Assembly (NCBI GenBank): GCA_026708565.1
Contig: JAPOUR010000005.1
Location: 32,273 to 96,272 of the forward strand
Direction of reading: 5' to 3'
Length of the DNA stretch: 64,000 nt
Origin: Candidatus Dadabacteria bacterium
GTDB lineage: Bacteria > Desulfobacterota_D > UBA1144 > Nemesobacterales > Mycalebacteriaceae
A model generated the notes under the pieces. It did no database searches and had not been told where the DNA came from. It saw only the letters and a list, made by a program, of their open reading frames with translations. How positions within the stretch are numbered: position 1 is the stretch's first letter; each line of letters begins with the position of its first letter. Shown one piece after another: positions 26,867-38,321 of the stretch. The position numbers and the translations under genes are program-made.

Positions 26867-27634
26867 TCAGGCCCTTATGCCCGCAAACAGCGCCGCGCTG
26901 TTGCGGAAAAGAGTGTCTTCAAGTTGGGCGGGCGTCTCGTTCCTTACTTCGGCGAGAACATCAAACACATGGCGCACAAATGCCGGCTCATTGTTTTTTC
27001 CCCTCATCGGAACGGGTGCGAGATATGGGGAATCAGTCTCAACCAGTATGCGGTCGGACGGAATTTTTGCAGCCGTTTCACGGACTTCCGGAGCATTCTT
27101 AAAGGTAAGTATTCCCGAAAAGGAGATGAAAAACCCAAGGTCAAGAAACCTCTTTGCAGTCTCGTAAGAGTCGGCAAAACAGTGAATCACTCCCGGCTTG
27201 TCGCCGGACGCCTTTGCTTTGAGCACTGACTCAACATCATCCGCCGACTCTCTCACATGGACAACAACGGGAAGCCCCAGCCGCCCCGCAAGGCTCACAA
27301 GGGCTTCAAAAGACTCAACCTGCCGTTCTCGGTCGGACTTCATATAGTGATAGTCAAGACCCGTTTCCCCTATCGCCACAACTTTCCGGTTTGACGCGAG
27401 GTTTGCCAGGGTCTCAACTGTTCCGTCTCCGAATACGGACGCGGAATGCGGATGAATGCCCGCCGCCGCATAGACGGACTCAAAACGTTCCGCAAGAGCG
27501 AGGGTTCGCACGGCGCTCTCAGGGTCAATTGACATGGAAACTATTGCCCCGACGCCGGACTCAGCCGCCCTCTCAACCGCGCCCGGCGCGCCGTCTCCAA
27601 GCATTTCCAGATGGGCGTGCGTGTCAACAAGCAC
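26867..27634 (-). CDS. TatD-family metal-dependent hydrolase
   Basis: LVDTHAHL N-terminus. TIM-barrel metal ligands. Confidence 0.85.
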   Translation of the reverse strand: MLVDTHAHLEMLGDGAPGAVERAAESGVGAIVSMSIDPESAVRTLALAERFESVYAAAGIHPHSASVFGDGTVETLANLASNRKVVAIGETGLDYHYMKSDRERQVESFEALVSLAGRLGLPVVVHVRESADDVESVLKAKASGDKPGVIHCFADSYETAKRFLDLGFFISFSGILTFKNAPEVRETAAKIPSDRILVETDSPYLAPVPMRGKNNEPAFVRHVFDVLAEVRNETPAQLEDTLFRNSAALFAGIRA

Positions 27635-27637
27635 CGG

Positions 27638-28114
27638 TCAGTCCTCTTTTTCCGGAACGTTTTTCTCATCAAGGGCGAGGTCTTTTACCTCGTCCAGAAA
27701 CTGGCTCACATCATTGAACGATTTATAGACGGACGCAAAACGCAGATAGGCGACTTTGTCCAGATTGCGAAGGTTTTTCATTATTTGTTCCCCGACCTTG
27801 TGCGCCTCTATTTCGCGCTCCCCGTTGCCTGCGAGTTCGCCTTCTATTTTCAGCACAAAGTTTTCCACATCTTCGGGGCTGATGCCTCTTTTCTCGCACG
27901 CCTTTTTAACACCGTCCGCGATCTTCTCCCTGCGGAAATCCTCTTTGCGCCCGTCCTTTTTGACAACGGTAATCTTCACCTCAGGCCGCTCGTATGTGGT
28001 GAACCTTTTCTTGCACGAGGAGCATTCCCTCCTCCGGCGGACATAGGACGTTTCATCATTGCTGCGCGAATCCACAACGCTGGTGTCATCCGCCATGCAG
28101 AATATGCACCTCAA
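27638..28114 (-). CDS. nrdR: Transcriptional repressor NrdR
   Basis: MRCIFC...DSRV zinc ribbon plus ATP-cone. Confidence 0.9.
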   Translation of the reverse strand: MRCIFCMADDTSVVDSRSNDETSYVRRRRECSSCKKRFTTYERPEVKITVVKKDGRKEDFRREKIADGVKKACEKRGISPEDVENFVLKIEGELAGNGEREIEAHKVGEQIMKNLRNLDKVAYLRFASVYKSFNDVSQFLDEVKDLALDEKNVPEKED

Positions 28115-29367
28115 ATTTCCATTCCCTCATACACGGGAAACCGCGCGCACAAATCCCGCGCCCCGGCGGCGACCCCGGCAAGTTTTTTGTCATCGTCCGG
28201 GCTCTCAAGAGCCCTCAGAATGAAGTCCGCTATCAGGTCCATCTCATCCTCTTTCATCCCGCGTGTGGTAACCGCCGGAGTGCCTATGCGTATGCCGCTT
28301 GAAGTCGCCGGAGGAAGGGTGTCAAAAGGTATGGCGTTTTTGTTGACCGTAACGCCCGCCTTTTCAAGACAGATCTCCGCGTCCTTGCCGGTTATGTTCC
28401 GGTTCGTCAGGTCAATCAGTATCAGGTGATTGTCCGTTCCGCCGGAGATGACGTCAAAACCGCGCCGCGTGAGTCCGTCCGCCATGGCGCGCGCGTTGTC
28501 AAGCGTCTGCTGCTGATACAGTTTGAAGTCCGGTAAGAGAGCCTCGGCAAAAGCAACCGCTTTTGCCGCGATAACGTGCATAAGCGGCCCGCCCTGAACT
28601 CCGGGAAACACCCTGCCGTTCACAACCTTTTCGTGCTCGCCCTTCATCATGACTATCCCCCCTCTCGGCCCCCTGAGGGTTTTGTGCGTGGTGGTTGTAA
28701 CGAAATCGCAATGGGGAACCGGGTCGGGATAAAGCCCCGCCGCCACAAGCCCCGCAGGGTGCGCTATGTCCGCCATCAGCATCGCGCCCGCCTCGTCGGC
28801 TATCTGCCTGAACCGCTCAAAGTCAAGGCGGCGCGGATAGGCGCTGAAGCCCGCGACAATCAACTTCGGCTTGTGTTTGAGGGCAATGTCTCTCACCTCA
28901 TCATAGTCTATAAGAAAGGTTTCCGGGCTGACCCCGTAGGAAACGGCGTTGTAATAACGCCCGGAAAAGTTGACCTTGCTTCCGTGCGTCAAATGCCCCC
29001 CGTGGGCGAGGTCCATTCCGAGAAAGGTGTCGCCGGGGCTGAGGCATGAGAAAAAAACCGCCATGTTTGCCTGAGCCCCCGAATGAGGCTGAACATTCAC
29101 GCAGTCCGCGCCGAAGAGTTCCTTTGCTCTGTCCCGCGCGAGATTTTCGGCGATATCAACAAACTCGCAGCCGCCGTAATACCGTTTGCCGGGAAGCCCC
29201 TCGGCGTATTTGTTGGTCATCACGCTTCCCATGGCGGCAAGCACGGCGGGGCTCACATAGTTTTCCGAGGCGATGAGTTCAATCTTTGTTTCCTGCCTCT
29301 TTAACTCCCGCCTTATGGCGTCCGCCACCGCCGGGTCTGTTTGTTCAAGAATGGACATCATACGCAA
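28111..29367 (-). CDS. glyA: Serine hydroxymethyltransferase
   Basis: [25 protein letters not shown]-lysine region. Confidence 0.9.
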   Translation of the reverse strand: MRMMSILEQTDPAVADAIRRELKRQETKIELIASENYVSPAVLAAMGSVMTNKYAEGLPGKRYYGGCEFVDIAENLARDRAKELFGADCVNVQPHSGAQANMAVFFSCLSPGDTFLGMDLAHGGHLTHGSKVNFSGRYYNAVSYGVSPETFLIDYDEVRDIALKHKPKLIVAGFSAYPRRLDFERFRQIADEAGAMLMADIAHPAGLVAAGLYPDPVPHCDFVTTTTHKTLRGPRGGIVMMKGEHEKVVNGRVFPGVQGGPLMHVIAAKAVAFAEALLPDFKLYQQQTLDNARAMADGLTRRGFDVISGGTDNHLILIDLTNRNITGKDAEICLEKAGVTVNKNAIPFDTLPPATSSGIRIGTPAVTTRGMKEDEMDLIADFILRALESPDDDKKLAGVAAGARDLCARFPVYEGMEI

Positions 29368-29481
29368 ACGCTAACAAAATTGAGAGGATTTCGCAAATAT
29401 GCCCGCCCCCGCGCCGCCGGGGGCGGAACGGGCGGCGGGCTGTTTTTTGCAACTGCGGGGATTGAAATCTATAGTTGTGAA

Positions 29482-32235
29482 ATGGCGGCGCTCACAAAAC
29501 GTTCCGTGCTTGTCAAAGGCGCGAGGGAGAACAACCTCAAAAACATAGACGTTGAAATCCCGCCGGAAAGTTTGACTGTGATAACGGGGCTTTCCGGTTC
29601 GGGGAAATCGTCTCTCGCGGTGGACACCATCCACGCCGAAAGCATGAGGAAATACATACAGTGCCTGTCCACCTACACAAGGCAGTTTCTGGACAGGGTC
29701 GCCCGCCCCGATGTTGACTCCATTGAAAACCTCCCCCCCTCCATCTCCATAGAAAACAGAAACCGCGTTCAGAACAACCGCTCAACACTGGGAACAACAA
29801 CCGAGATTTACGACTACCTCCGCCTGCTTTTCGCAAGCGCGGGCGAGACCGTCTGCCCCGGCTGCGACGGGCGCGCAACTGAGCACTCCGCCCGGTCTGT
29901 CGCGAAAACCCTGGCATCCGGATACAAGGGCCGGGCGGCGCTCATTATGTTCAAGCCGGAGGAAAATGAAACGGCGCAACGCCTGCTGAAAAAAGGGTTT
30001 GTCAGGGCGCTCACAAGATCGGGAAAGGTTGAGAGGATTGAAGACGCCGGAGAGATTGAAAACTTTTCGTATGTTGTTGTTGACAGAGTAAACATCACGG
30101 ACAAACCGCTTTCAAGGGTCAGCGGGTCGGCGGAGACGGCTTTCAGGGAAAGCCCCTCCGTTGTGGTTCAGCCGGAGGGCGGAAAACCGCTCTCTTTCAC
30201 AAAGGGGCTTTCCTGCGAGAAGTGCGGACTGACTTTTCCGAAACCGTATCCGGCGATGTTCTCGTTCAACAGCCCGCGAGGGGCGTGCGGAAACTGCAAC
30301 GGGTTTGGAAACAGACTTGAAACAGACCGCTCTCTTATTGTCCCGGACGGCGCGAAAACCTTGCGCGGCGGGGCGGTTGAGCCGTTCACCTACCCTTCAT
30401 ACAGATTTGCCAACAGAAAACTTATTCAACTCGCGGAAGCAAACGGCGTAAGCCCGGACGTTCCCTTTGACAGCCTCCGCCCCGAAGAAAAGGAAACATT
30501 GTTTCAAGGCGACGGCTCGGTCGGCGTGGCGCGAGGCGGCGTAATGGGGTTTTTCAAAAAAATAGAAAAGAAAATCTACAAGGTTCAGACAAGGGTTTTT
30601 CTCTCACGTTACAGGTCAACTGTTTTGTGCGGCGCATGCGGCGGAAGCAGATTGCGCCCAGAAGCCGATGCGGTCAAGATCGGGGGACTCTCAATAAGCG
30701 AGATGACGGAAATTCCCGTGGGCGAACTGGCGGAGATGTTTTCCGGAAAATCAATATCAAAAATTATTTCAAAAACAGGCCGGGCGGTCGCGGCGGATGT
30801 GTTGAAAGAGATACGCGGGCGGCTCTGTTTCCTTCGCGATGTGGGGCTTGAATACCTTGCCCTCTCCCGCCTCACGCGCACGCTTTCGGGAGGCGAGGCG
30901 CAGAGAGCCGCGCTTGCCTCTCAAATCGGCTCCGGCCTCACGGACACCCTGTACATACTGGATGAGCCTTCCGTGGGTCTGCACCCTCAGGACACGCGCA
31001 ACATGGTTTCGGTAATTAAAAACATTCGCGACAACGGCAACACGGTCGTGGTGGTGGAGCACGATATGGACATTATAAAAGAGTCCGACCACATAGTTGA
31101 GATAGGCAGGGAAACCGGAGAGGAAGGCGGAAATCTGGTTTATCAGGGGCCTCCGGGGAAAATGGTTTCCCGCGCGCCGCATTCCTATACGGGCCTCTAT
31201 CTTTCGGGGAAAAAAACCATCACGCCCCCGAAAAGAAACGGGAAAAACGGCGGCGGGAAAATAACCGTCCGAAAAGCGAGAAAAAACAACCTCAAAAATA
31301 TCAACGTTTCCATACCGCTCGGAACTCTCGTATGCGTAACCGGAGTTTCGGGCTCAGGCAAAAGCTCCCTGATAAAAGATGTCCTGCACAAAAACCTCCT
31401 AAACGGGACGCGCGAGACGGCGGATTGCGACGCCGTTTCCGGAGCGGAAAAAATCACGGACACGGTAATGCTTGACCAGTCTCCCATAGGGAAAAATTCG
31501 CGTTCAAACCCCGTTACCTATGTGAAGGCGTATGACGCAATACGCAAGGCGATGGCGGGCTCGCCCGATTCGGTGGAAAAAGGGCTTTCCGTGTCGGACT
31601 TCTCCTTCAATATCACGGGCGGCAGGTGCGAAATGTGCGAGGGGGAGGGAATACAAAAAGTGGAGATGCTGTTTCTTGCGGACGTGTCCGTCACGTGCCC
31701 GCAATGCGAGGGAAAGAGGTTCAAAAACAACGTTCTTTCAGCAAAGTTGCGGGGCAAAAACATAGATGATGTTTTGAACATGACAGTAAGCGAAGCGGCG
31801 GGGTTTTTCTCCGGCTCCGCGGCGGTCACAAAGAAATTGCAGGGGCTCACGGATGTCGGACTCGGATACCTGAGGCTCGGCCAGTCGGCGACAACGCTCT
31901 CCGGAGGAGAAGCGCAGAGGATGAAAATAGTGCGCGAACTGTCAAGAAAAGACGGTCGCGGCATTCTGTATATTCTGGACGAGCCGTCAATCGGCCTGCA
32001 CACCGAAGATGTGAGGCGGTTGCTTGAGGTTCTTGAAAAACTTATCTCGGCGGGAAACTCCGTAATTGTGATTGAGCACAATCCGGAGATAATCAAAACT
32101 GCGGCTCATGTGATAGACCTTGGCCCCGGAGGCGGAAAGCGCGGAGGGGAAATCGTGGCGCAGGGAACACCCCGGCAAGTGGCAAAAAACAAAAAATCTC
32201 TGACCGGCCGTTTTCTCAAGCCCTATTTTCAGTGA
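29482..32235 (+). CDS. uvrA: Excinuclease ABC subunit A
   Basis: Two ABC modules ([21 protein letters not shown]). Zinc-finger Cys clusters. Start at the MAALTK ATG at 29482. Confidence 0.9.
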   Translation: MAALTKRSVLVKGARENNLKNIDVEIPPESLTVITGLSGSGKSSLAVDTIHAESMRKYIQCLSTYTRQFLDRVARPDVDSIENLPPSISIENRNRVQNNRSTLGTTTEIYDYLRLLFASAGETVCPGCDGRATEHSARSVAKTLASGYKGRAALIMFKPEENETAQRLLKKGFVRALTRSGKVERIEDAGEIENFSYVVVDRVNITDKPLSRVSGSAETAFRESPSVVVQPEGGKPLSFTKGLSCEKCGLTFPKPYPAMFSFNSPRGACGNCNGFGNRLETDRSLIVPDGAKTLRGGAVEPFTYPSYRFANRKLIQLAEANGVSPDVPFDSLRPEEKETLFQGDGSVGVARGGVMGFFKKIEKKIYKVQTRVFLSRYRSTVLCGACGGSRLRPEADAVKIGGLSISEMTEIPVGELAEMFSGKSISKIISKTGRAVAADVLKEIRGRLCFLRDVGLEYLALSRLTRTLSGGEAQRAALASQIGSGLTDTLYILDEPSVGLHPQDTRNMVSVIKNIRDNGNTVVVVEHDMDIIKESDHIVEIGRETGEEGGNLVYQGPPGKMVSRAPHSYTGLYLSGKKTITPPKRNGKNGGGKITVRKARKNNLKNINVSIPLGTLVCVTGVSGSGKSSLIKDVLHKNLLNGTRETADCDAVSGAEKITDTVMLDQSPIGKNSRSNPVTYVKAYDAIRKAMAGSPDSVEKGLSVSDFSFNITGGRCEMCEGEGIQKVEMLFLADVSVTCPQCEGKRFKNNVLSAKLRGKNIDDVLNMTVSEAAGFFSGSAAVTKKLQGLTDVGLGYLRLGQSATTLSGGEAQRMKIVRELSRKDGRGILYILDEPSIGLHTEDVRRLLEVLEKLISAGNSVIVIEHNPEIIKTAAHVIDLGPGGGKRGGEIVAQGTPRQVAKNKKSLTGRFLKPYFQ

Positions 32236-33068
32236 TGAAAAAATATCTCTCTTTTGTGAAGTTTGAACACACCCTGTTTTCTCTTCCGCTGGTGGCGGCG
32301 GGCGCAATGCTGGCGGCGGGCGGCGTTCCGGACGTTCGCATTGCGGCGCTCATAGTTGCGGCGGCGGCGGGGGCGAGAACCGCTGCAATGGCGGTAAACA
32401 GAATTGTTGACGCCGCCGTGGACGCGGCAAATCCCAGAACCGCGGGCAGGGAGATTCCGGCGGGAAAAATAAGCCGGGGCGAGGCGTATGCGGTAACAGG
32501 CGCGGGCCTTGCCGTGTATTTCGGGGCGGCGTATATGATATGCCCTTTTGTGTTCCTGCTCTCCCCGTTTCCGGTGGCGGTGTTCTCCGCCTATCCTTAT
32601 ATGAAAAGGATAACGCCGCTGTGCCACCTCGGAGTCGGGTTCGCGCTTGCGCTTGCCCCGGCGGGCGGCTGGCTCGCCGTGCGGTGCGCGGCGGATGAAA
32701 TTTTTGCGCCCTTGATGCTCGGCCTGTTCACACTGTTGTGGGTGTCGGGGTTTGACGTCATCTATTCAACCGCCGATGAGGATTTTGACAGGGCAAACGG
32801 GTTGCATTCGGCGGCGGTCTCTCTCGGCGCGCGGGGCGCGCGGCGGGTCTCGGCGGCGCTTCACGCAGGCGCGGCGATTCCTCTGGCGGCGCTGCAAATA
32901 CTGGAATTCGGCGGGAATATGTTTTCCCTCGCCGCCCTTGCGGCCGTCTGCGCCGTTCTGGCGGCGGAGAGCAGAGCGGCGGACAACATCGGCTTTGCCT
33001 TTTTCAAACTGAACGCGGTTTGCGGGGCGCTTGTTTTAGTTTTCATTCTGTGCGGGATATACTTGTGA
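32235..33068 (+). CDS. UbiA-family prenyltransferase (MqnP-like)
   Basis: Multi-TM UbiA fold. 1-nt overlap with the uvrA stop. Confidence 0.7.
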   Translation: MKKYLSFVKFEHTLFSLPLVAAGAMLAAGGVPDVRIAALIVAAAAGARTAAMAVNRIVDAAVDAANPRTAGREIPAGKISRGEAYAVTGAGLAVYFGAAYMICPFVFLLSPFPVAVFSAYPYMKRITPLCHLGVGFALALAPAGGWLAVRCAADEIFAPLMLGLFTLLWVSGFDVIYSTADEDFDRANGLHSAAVSLGARGARRVSAALHAGAAIPLAALQILEFGGNMFSLAALAAVCAVLAAESRAADNIGFAFFKLNAVCGALVLVFILCGIYL

Positions 33069-33081
33069 GAGAGGTCGGGAT

Positions 33082-33633
33082 TTGAGAACAATAATCGGCA
33101 TAACCGGGGCTTCGGGGGCCGTCTATGCGGTTGATTTTCTGAGACGCTGCGAAGGGGAGAAGTATCTGGTCGCAAGCAAATGGGGCAAAGCCGTTCTGAA
33201 CGAGGAAATGGGGGTCAAAATGGAGGAACTCGGACAGTGGGCGGATAAAACCTTCAGCGATTCCGACCTCGCCTCGCCGTTTTCATCGGGAAGCAATCAC
33301 TTTGACTCAATGGTCATAGTTCCCTGCTCCGTTTCCACTCTTGCCAAAATCGCAAACGGAATAGCCGACACTCTCATAACAAGAATCGCCCAGGTGGCGC
33401 TCAAGGAAAAGCGCAAACTGATTATAGCGTTAAGGGAGACGCCGCTCAGCACCGTCGCCCTTGAGAACGCCGCCCGCCTCTCATCCTACGGGGCGACAAT
33501 AATGCCCGTAAGCCCGCCCTCTTATACCGGGGCAAAAACCGCCGAAGAACTCGCGCGCGCCTTTGTGGACAGGCTCATTTCCGTCTCGTCAAACAAACAT
33601 GCGGACGGCTGGCGAAGCGGTGAACTTGAGTGA
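33082..33633 (+). CDS. ubiX: UbiX-family flavin prenyltransferase
   Basis: IIGITGASGAVYAV flavoprotein motif. Confidence 0.85.
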   Translation: MRTIIGITGASGAVYAVDFLRRCEGEKYLVASKWGKAVLNEEMGVKMEELGQWADKTFSDSDLASPFSSGSNHFDSMVIVPCSVSTLAKIANGIADTLITRIAQVALKEKRKLIIALRETPLSTVALENAARLSSYGATIMPVSPPSYTGAKTAEELARAFVDRLISVSSNKHADGWRSGELE

Positions 33634-35399
33634 GCAAAACCTTCTCAAATCTCCGCGAATACATAGCGCACCTTGAAAAGAAAGGCGACCTGATGAGGGT
33701 TCAAACCGCCGTTGACCCCGAACTTGAGATTACGGAAATTGCCTCGCGCGAGATGAAAGCCGGAGGCCCGGCGTTGTTGTTTGAAAACGTGAAGGGCTCG
33801 CGCTTTCCCCTCGCAATAAACCTTTTTGCCTCGGAGGAGAGGATCAGAACCGCTCTCGGCGGCGACCCCAAAGAGGTGGGCGAGGAACTTGTGGAGATTT
33901 TTGAAAAGGTAAACCCGCCCTCGGTGAAGGGCGTATTTTCCGCGCTGCCCAAACTTACGCGCGCCCTCTCAATGAGAACATCAAACTCGTGGACGCGCGC
34001 GCCCGTTCTGGCAAACAGCGAGGAGGCAGACCTCTTGAGCCTGCCCGCCATAAAGTGCTGGCCGAAAGACGGCGGAAGGTTTATAACCTTCGGGCTCGTA
34101 ATAACTCACAGCCCCGTTTCAGGCTCAAGAAACATGGGGCTTTACCGCCTTCAGATATACGACTCAAAAACCACCGGCATGCACTGGCATCCCCACAAGG
34201 GCGGCGCGGCTCATTACGATGAGGCGGAAAAACTGGGGCGCGACCTTGAGGCGGCGGTTGTCCTCGGAGGCCACCCCGCCCTGATATTCAGCGCCATCGC
34301 CCCGCTGCCCGAAGGGGTTGATGAAGTGGCGTTTTCGGGATACCTCCGCCGCAGGGCGGTCTCCATGACAAAGGGGCGGTCTGTTTCCCTGAAGATTCCC
34401 GCAAATGCCGAGATGGTAATAGAGGGCGTAGTTCCGAAAAACAAGCGCCGCACCGAGGGGCCGTTCGGCGACCATTTCGGCCATTATTCAATGCAGGCGG
34501 ATTTTCCCGTCTTTGAGGCAAAAAGCATGAGTTTTGCGGACGGGGCGGTGTTTCCCGCCACAGTGGTGGGCAAGCCGCCGCAGGAGGATATGTTTCTCGG
34601 AGTCGCGGCGGGAGAGATGTTTTCCCCCCTGATACGCATAATCCATCCCGAAATAAAAGAGATGTGGGCGTGCCCCGAAGCGGGCTTTCACAACCTTCTG
34701 TTTGTGAAGGTGGACGAGAGGTATCCGAAAAACGCGGTCAAATCCATGCTCGCGCTCTGGGGAACGGGGCAGCTTGCGCTCACAAAATGCATTGTTACCG
34801 TGTCGGGCGATGTCAACCTGCGGGACTTCTCCGCCGTTACAAGGGAGATAGGAAAACACTTTGACCCGAAAGACGATTTTGTCCTTATTCCGACCGCGCC
34901 TCTTGACACGCTTGATTTCACAAGCGGAAGGTTCAACGTGGGAAGCAAGATGGGGATCAACGCCGTCAAAAAAACCGGCGCGCCGCCCGCGCAGTATTGC
35001 TCTTCCGTTCCCGACCCAAGGGAAAAACACCCTGAAATAAAAGACTGGCGGTTGCTTGAGGGCGGTTTTTTTGTCGCCAAACTCGCTGCCCGCCCCGGCG
35101 GCCTTGCGAAACGCCTTTTTGAAACCCCCGGCTTTGAGAACATCAGAATCGCCGTCTTTGTGAGCGCCGACATAGACGTCCATAACGACACCGAACTGAT
35201 ATGGGGCATATTCACGCGGTTTGACCCGCGCCTTGACATTGAGTTTGAAAAAACATCCCCCGTGGGCTCGGACATAAAAAGGGAGGGGCGCATGGCAATA
35301 GACGCCACAATCAAGGAGTGGTATCCTGAAGTAACCGAAATGACGCCGGAAATTCAGGCAAAGGTGTCAAAGAGTTGGAAAACAGACCGGAACTCATAG
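33630..35399 (+). CDS. UbiD-family (prFMN-dependent) decarboxylase
   Basis: UbiD-family N-terminus and core. 589 aa. Confidence 0.8.
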   Translation: MSKTFSNLREYIAHLEKKGDLMRVQTAVDPELEITEIASREMKAGGPALLFENVKGSRFPLAINLFASEERIRTALGGDPKEVGEELVEIFEKVNPPSVKGVFSALPKLTRALSMRTSNSWTRAPVLANSEEADLLSLPAIKCWPKDGGRFITFGLVITHSPVSGSRNMGLYRLQIYDSKTTGMHWHPHKGGAAHYDEAEKLGRDLEAAVVLGGHPALIFSAIAPLPEGVDEVAFSGYLRRRAVSMTKGRSVSLKIPANAEMVIEGVVPKNKRRTEGPFGDHFGHYSMQADFPVFEAKSMSFADGAVFPATVVGKPPQEDMFLGVAAGEMFSPLIRIIHPEIKEMWACPEAGFHNLLFVKVDERYPKNAVKSMLALWGTGQLALTKCIVTVSGDVNLRDFSAVTREIGKHFDPKDDFVLIPTAPLDTLDFTSGRFNVGSKMGINAVKKTGAPPAQYCSSVPDPREKHPEIKDWRLLEGGFFVAKLAARPGGLAKRLFETPGFENIRIAVFVSADIDVHNDTELIWGIFTRFDPRLDIEFEKTSPVGSDIKREGRMAIDATIKEWYPEVTEMTPEIQAKVSKSWKTDRNS

Positions 35400-36481
35400 A
35401 GAAATTGTGCGCCGACAAGTCTCTGCTTCCCGTGCTCAGGAAGGTGGAGGCGTCCGAGCGGCTGTCTTTTGAAGACGGAGTGCGGCTTCTGGAAACGGAT
35501 GACTTGCACACGGTCGGAATGATGGCGGACATGGTAAAGCGCAGAAAGAGCGGCGACAAGGTTTATTTCGTGGTCAACCGCCACATAAACCCGTCCAATA
35601 TATGCGCCATATCCTGCAAGTTCTGCGCGTTTGGAAAAACCAAAAAATCCTCCGATGCCTATGAGATGACAACGGAGCAGATATTGGGGCTTCTGCATAG
35701 CGACCTCAAGGAGGTTCACATAGTCGGCGGATTGCATCCCGACTGGGAATTCAGCCATTATCTGAACATTGTCCGGGCAATAAGGGAGGCGCAGCCCTCC
35801 TGTCACATCAAGGCGTTTACCGCCGTGGAGATAGACTGGTTTTCGGAGATAAGCGGCAAGCCGGTTGAGCGCGTCCTTGAGGATTTGACCGCCGCCGGTG
35901 TAAACGCGCTTACGGGCGGCGGGGCGGAGATACTGCACCCGGAGATCAGAAAGAAAATCTGCGCCCCGAAAACGGTCGCCACAAAATGGGAGGAGATTCA
36001 CAAACTGGCGCACGGCATGGGCATACCGACAAACGCCACCATTCTCTACGGCCATCTGGAAAAGCCGTTTCACGTCATTGACCATTTTGAGAGGTTGAGA
36101 AACCTTGAGGATGAGGCGCCCGGATTCTTTGCGTTCATTCCCGTTCTTTTTCAGCCCGCAAACACCGGATTGAAAGACATTCCGCCCTTCCCCGCCTCTT
36201 ACGATATGAAGATTCACGCCGCCGCGCGTCTGTTTCTGGACAACATCCCGCACATAAAGGCGTATTGGATAACGCTCGGTGAAAAGGCGGCGCAAGTCGC
36301 CCTTCACTACGGCGCGAGTGATGCGGACGGCACGATAATGCGCGAGAAAATCATTCACGACGCCGGAGCGCCCTCGGAGTTGGGACACAGCAGGGATTTT
36401 ATGGTGAATATGATTAAGAATGCGGGGTATGTGCCGGTTGAAAGGGATGCGCTGTATAATGAGTTGAGGGTGTATAATTAG
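35375..36481 (+). CDS. Radical SAM menaquinone (futalosine pathway) enzyme, MqnC/MqnE family
   Basis: CAISCKFCAF (Cx3Cx2C). MqnC/MqnE/CofH-like layout. Confidence 0.75.
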   Translation: MENRPELIEKLCADKSLLPVLRKVEASERLSFEDGVRLLETDDLHTVGMMADMVKRRKSGDKVYFVVNRHINPSNICAISCKFCAFGKTKKSSDAYEMTTEQILGLLHSDLKEVHIVGGLHPDWEFSHYLNIVRAIREAQPSCHIKAFTAVEIDWFSEISGKPVERVLEDLTAAGVNALTGGGAEILHPEIRKKICAPKTVATKWEEIHKLAHGMGIPTNATILYGHLEKPFHVIDHFERLRNLEDEAPGFFAFIPVLFQPANTGLKDIPPFPASYDMKIHAAARLFLDNIPHIKAYWITLGEKAAQVALHYGASDADGTIMREKIIHDAGAPSELGHSRDFMVNMIKNAGYVPVERDALYNELRVYN

Positions 36482-36482
36482 A

Positions 36483-37223
36483 ATGTTGCAGAAACTGACT
36501 GGCTACTATAAACGCAAAGGGATATTATCAACCTCTTTCACTTGTAAACACGAAGAAATCTGCAAAGGAGATTGTAAAAAGTTCACGGGGCCAAAATCGG
36601 CTTTTGTGAGTAGCGGGTATGTACGAAACGAACTCCCTAGGTTACTGTTTCTATCTTTGGATTCTGGCAAGGGAAAACCTGATGACAGAGAAAGACTTCC
36701 TTCCGCAGTAAGAAAACAAGAAGAAGTAGAAAGAGACATTAACTCATTGCACAAAGGCAGGCATTGGTATAGAACCCACGAACTTGCGTGGATTATTTTC
36801 AGAAAGTTCAACCGCGAACTGGAGTTATCTCAAGCAAAGCATTTTTTTGCTCACGCAAACTCTGCAAAGTGTTGCCTAAATAAGAAGCATAAGAGAAAAG
36901 CGGATAAGCGGTTGTTTGATAACTGTAGGGAATATATGGACGGGGAGTTGAAAATTCTTGCTCCCGACATACTGGTTACTCAGGGCAATGAAGCAGAACA
37001 GGCGGTTCTCCCACTCATAGAGAAGAAGAAACAGATTGACAGGTTCGCTTCAGAGTCCGTTTTGCACGGAAGGCGCATTTTCTGGCTTCATACTTGGCAT
37101 CCGAGTAATTATGGGAAGTTTTACAAGCAAAAAGAAAAATGGGATTTTTATGCTGAAAAAATCCACTCATTCATTTCAAACTTACAAACAACTCAGGATT
37201 CAAATACAAAGGAGAAATTCAAA
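36483..37223 (+). CDS. Uracil-DNA-glycosylase-superfamily-like protein, AT-rich, no in-frame stop
   Basis: Layout LFLSLDSG...NSAKCC...NCREY...ILVTQGNEAEQ...WLHTWHPS resembles UDG family 4/5. GC drops sharply here. The frame runs without a stop into the next gene. Confidence 0.4.
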
Positions 37224-38309
37224 ATGACCACCAAAAAACTCATTAACATCAACGACTTCCACCGAGAAGCTAAAGAAAAACTTCCGCAAATGTTTTACGA
37301 CTATTACGCCTCCGGCGCGCACGATGAACTCACCCTTTCAGACAACAGCGCGGCGTATTCCCGCATACGTCTCCGCTACAGGGTGATGGTGGATGTGTCC
37401 GACCGCGATATGTCCGTTGAGATTCTGGGGCAGCGGTGTTCAATGCCCATACTGGTCGCTCCGACTGCGTTTCACGGGCTCGCGTCTCCTCAGGCGGAGA
37501 TTGCCACCGTCCGCGCCGCAAGCGAGGCGCAAACGCTTATGATACTCAGCACCCTGTCAAACACCGCCCTTGAAGATGTGAAGAAAGAGGCGGAAGTCCC
37601 GCTTTTCTTCCAACTGTATGTTTACCGCGACAGAAGCGCCACCGCCGAACTCGTGAAAAGAGCGGAACAAGCGGGCTACAAGGCGATTGTTGTTACGGTT
37701 GACGCCCCTATTCTCGGAACTCGCGAGCGCGATGTGCGCAACGACTTCCGCCTGCCCGAAGGGCTGACAATCAAAAACATGACCGCCGCGCAACTTGAAA
37801 AGATGAGCGAAGACACCGGCTCCGGACTCGGCAACTACTTTGCCTCCTCCATAGACCCCTCCCTTTCATGGAAAGACATTGAATGGCTCAAAGGCATAAC
37901 GGAACTTCCCGTTCTGGTAAAAGGCGTGGTTCATCCCGAAGACGCAAGAATTGCCCTGAAAAGCGGCGCGAGCGGGATTGTGGTCTCAAACCACGGCGGA
38001 CGCCAGCTTGACACAAGCCCGGCAACCATAGACGCCCTGCCCGACATTGCCGAAGCGGTGGACGGCGGCGGGGCGGTGCTCGTTGACGGCGGCGTGAGGC
38101 GGGGAACTGATGTTTTCAAGGCGCTTGCCCTCGGCGCGGACGCCGTTCTGGTGGGAAGACCTATTCTGTGGGGGCTCGCGGCGGACGGGCAAAACGGCGC
38201 GCGGCAGGTTCTTGAAATCCTCAGGGCGGAGTTTGACAAGGCAATGATGCTCTGCGGATTCCGCTCCGCCGCCGAGATAAGGGAAAAGGGAAAACAGATA
38301 CTGTTTTGA
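37224..38309 (+). CDS. FMN-dependent alpha-hydroxy-acid dehydrogenase/oxidase (L-lactate/glycolate oxidase family)
   Basis: Strong RBS AAGGAG before the ATG at 37224. TIM-barrel FMN motifs (SNHGGRQLD, VDGGVRRGTDV). Confidence 0.8.
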   Translation: MTTKKLININDFHREAKEKLPQMFYDYYASGAHDELTLSDNSAAYSRIRLRYRVMVDVSDRDMSVEILGQRCSMPILVAPTAFHGLASPQAEIATVRAASEAQTLMILSTLSNTALEDVKKEAEVPLFFQLYVYRDRSATAELVKRAEQAGYKAIVVTVDAPILGTRERDVRNDFRLPEGLTIKNMTAAQLEKMSEDTGSGLGNYFASSIDPSLSWKDIEWLKGITELPVLVKGVVHPEDARIALKSGASGIVVSNHGGRQLDTSPATIDALPDIAEAVDGGGAVLVDGGVRRGTDVFKALALGADAVLVGRPILWGLAADGQNGARQVLEILRAEFDKAMMLCGFRSAAEIREKGKQILF

Positions 38310-38321
38310 CCGCGCCGCAAA

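Noticed and set aside
35354-36388. 344-aa minus-strand ORF
   Set aside because: Antisense to the MqnC/E radical SAM gene, which has a clear Cx3Cx2C motif.
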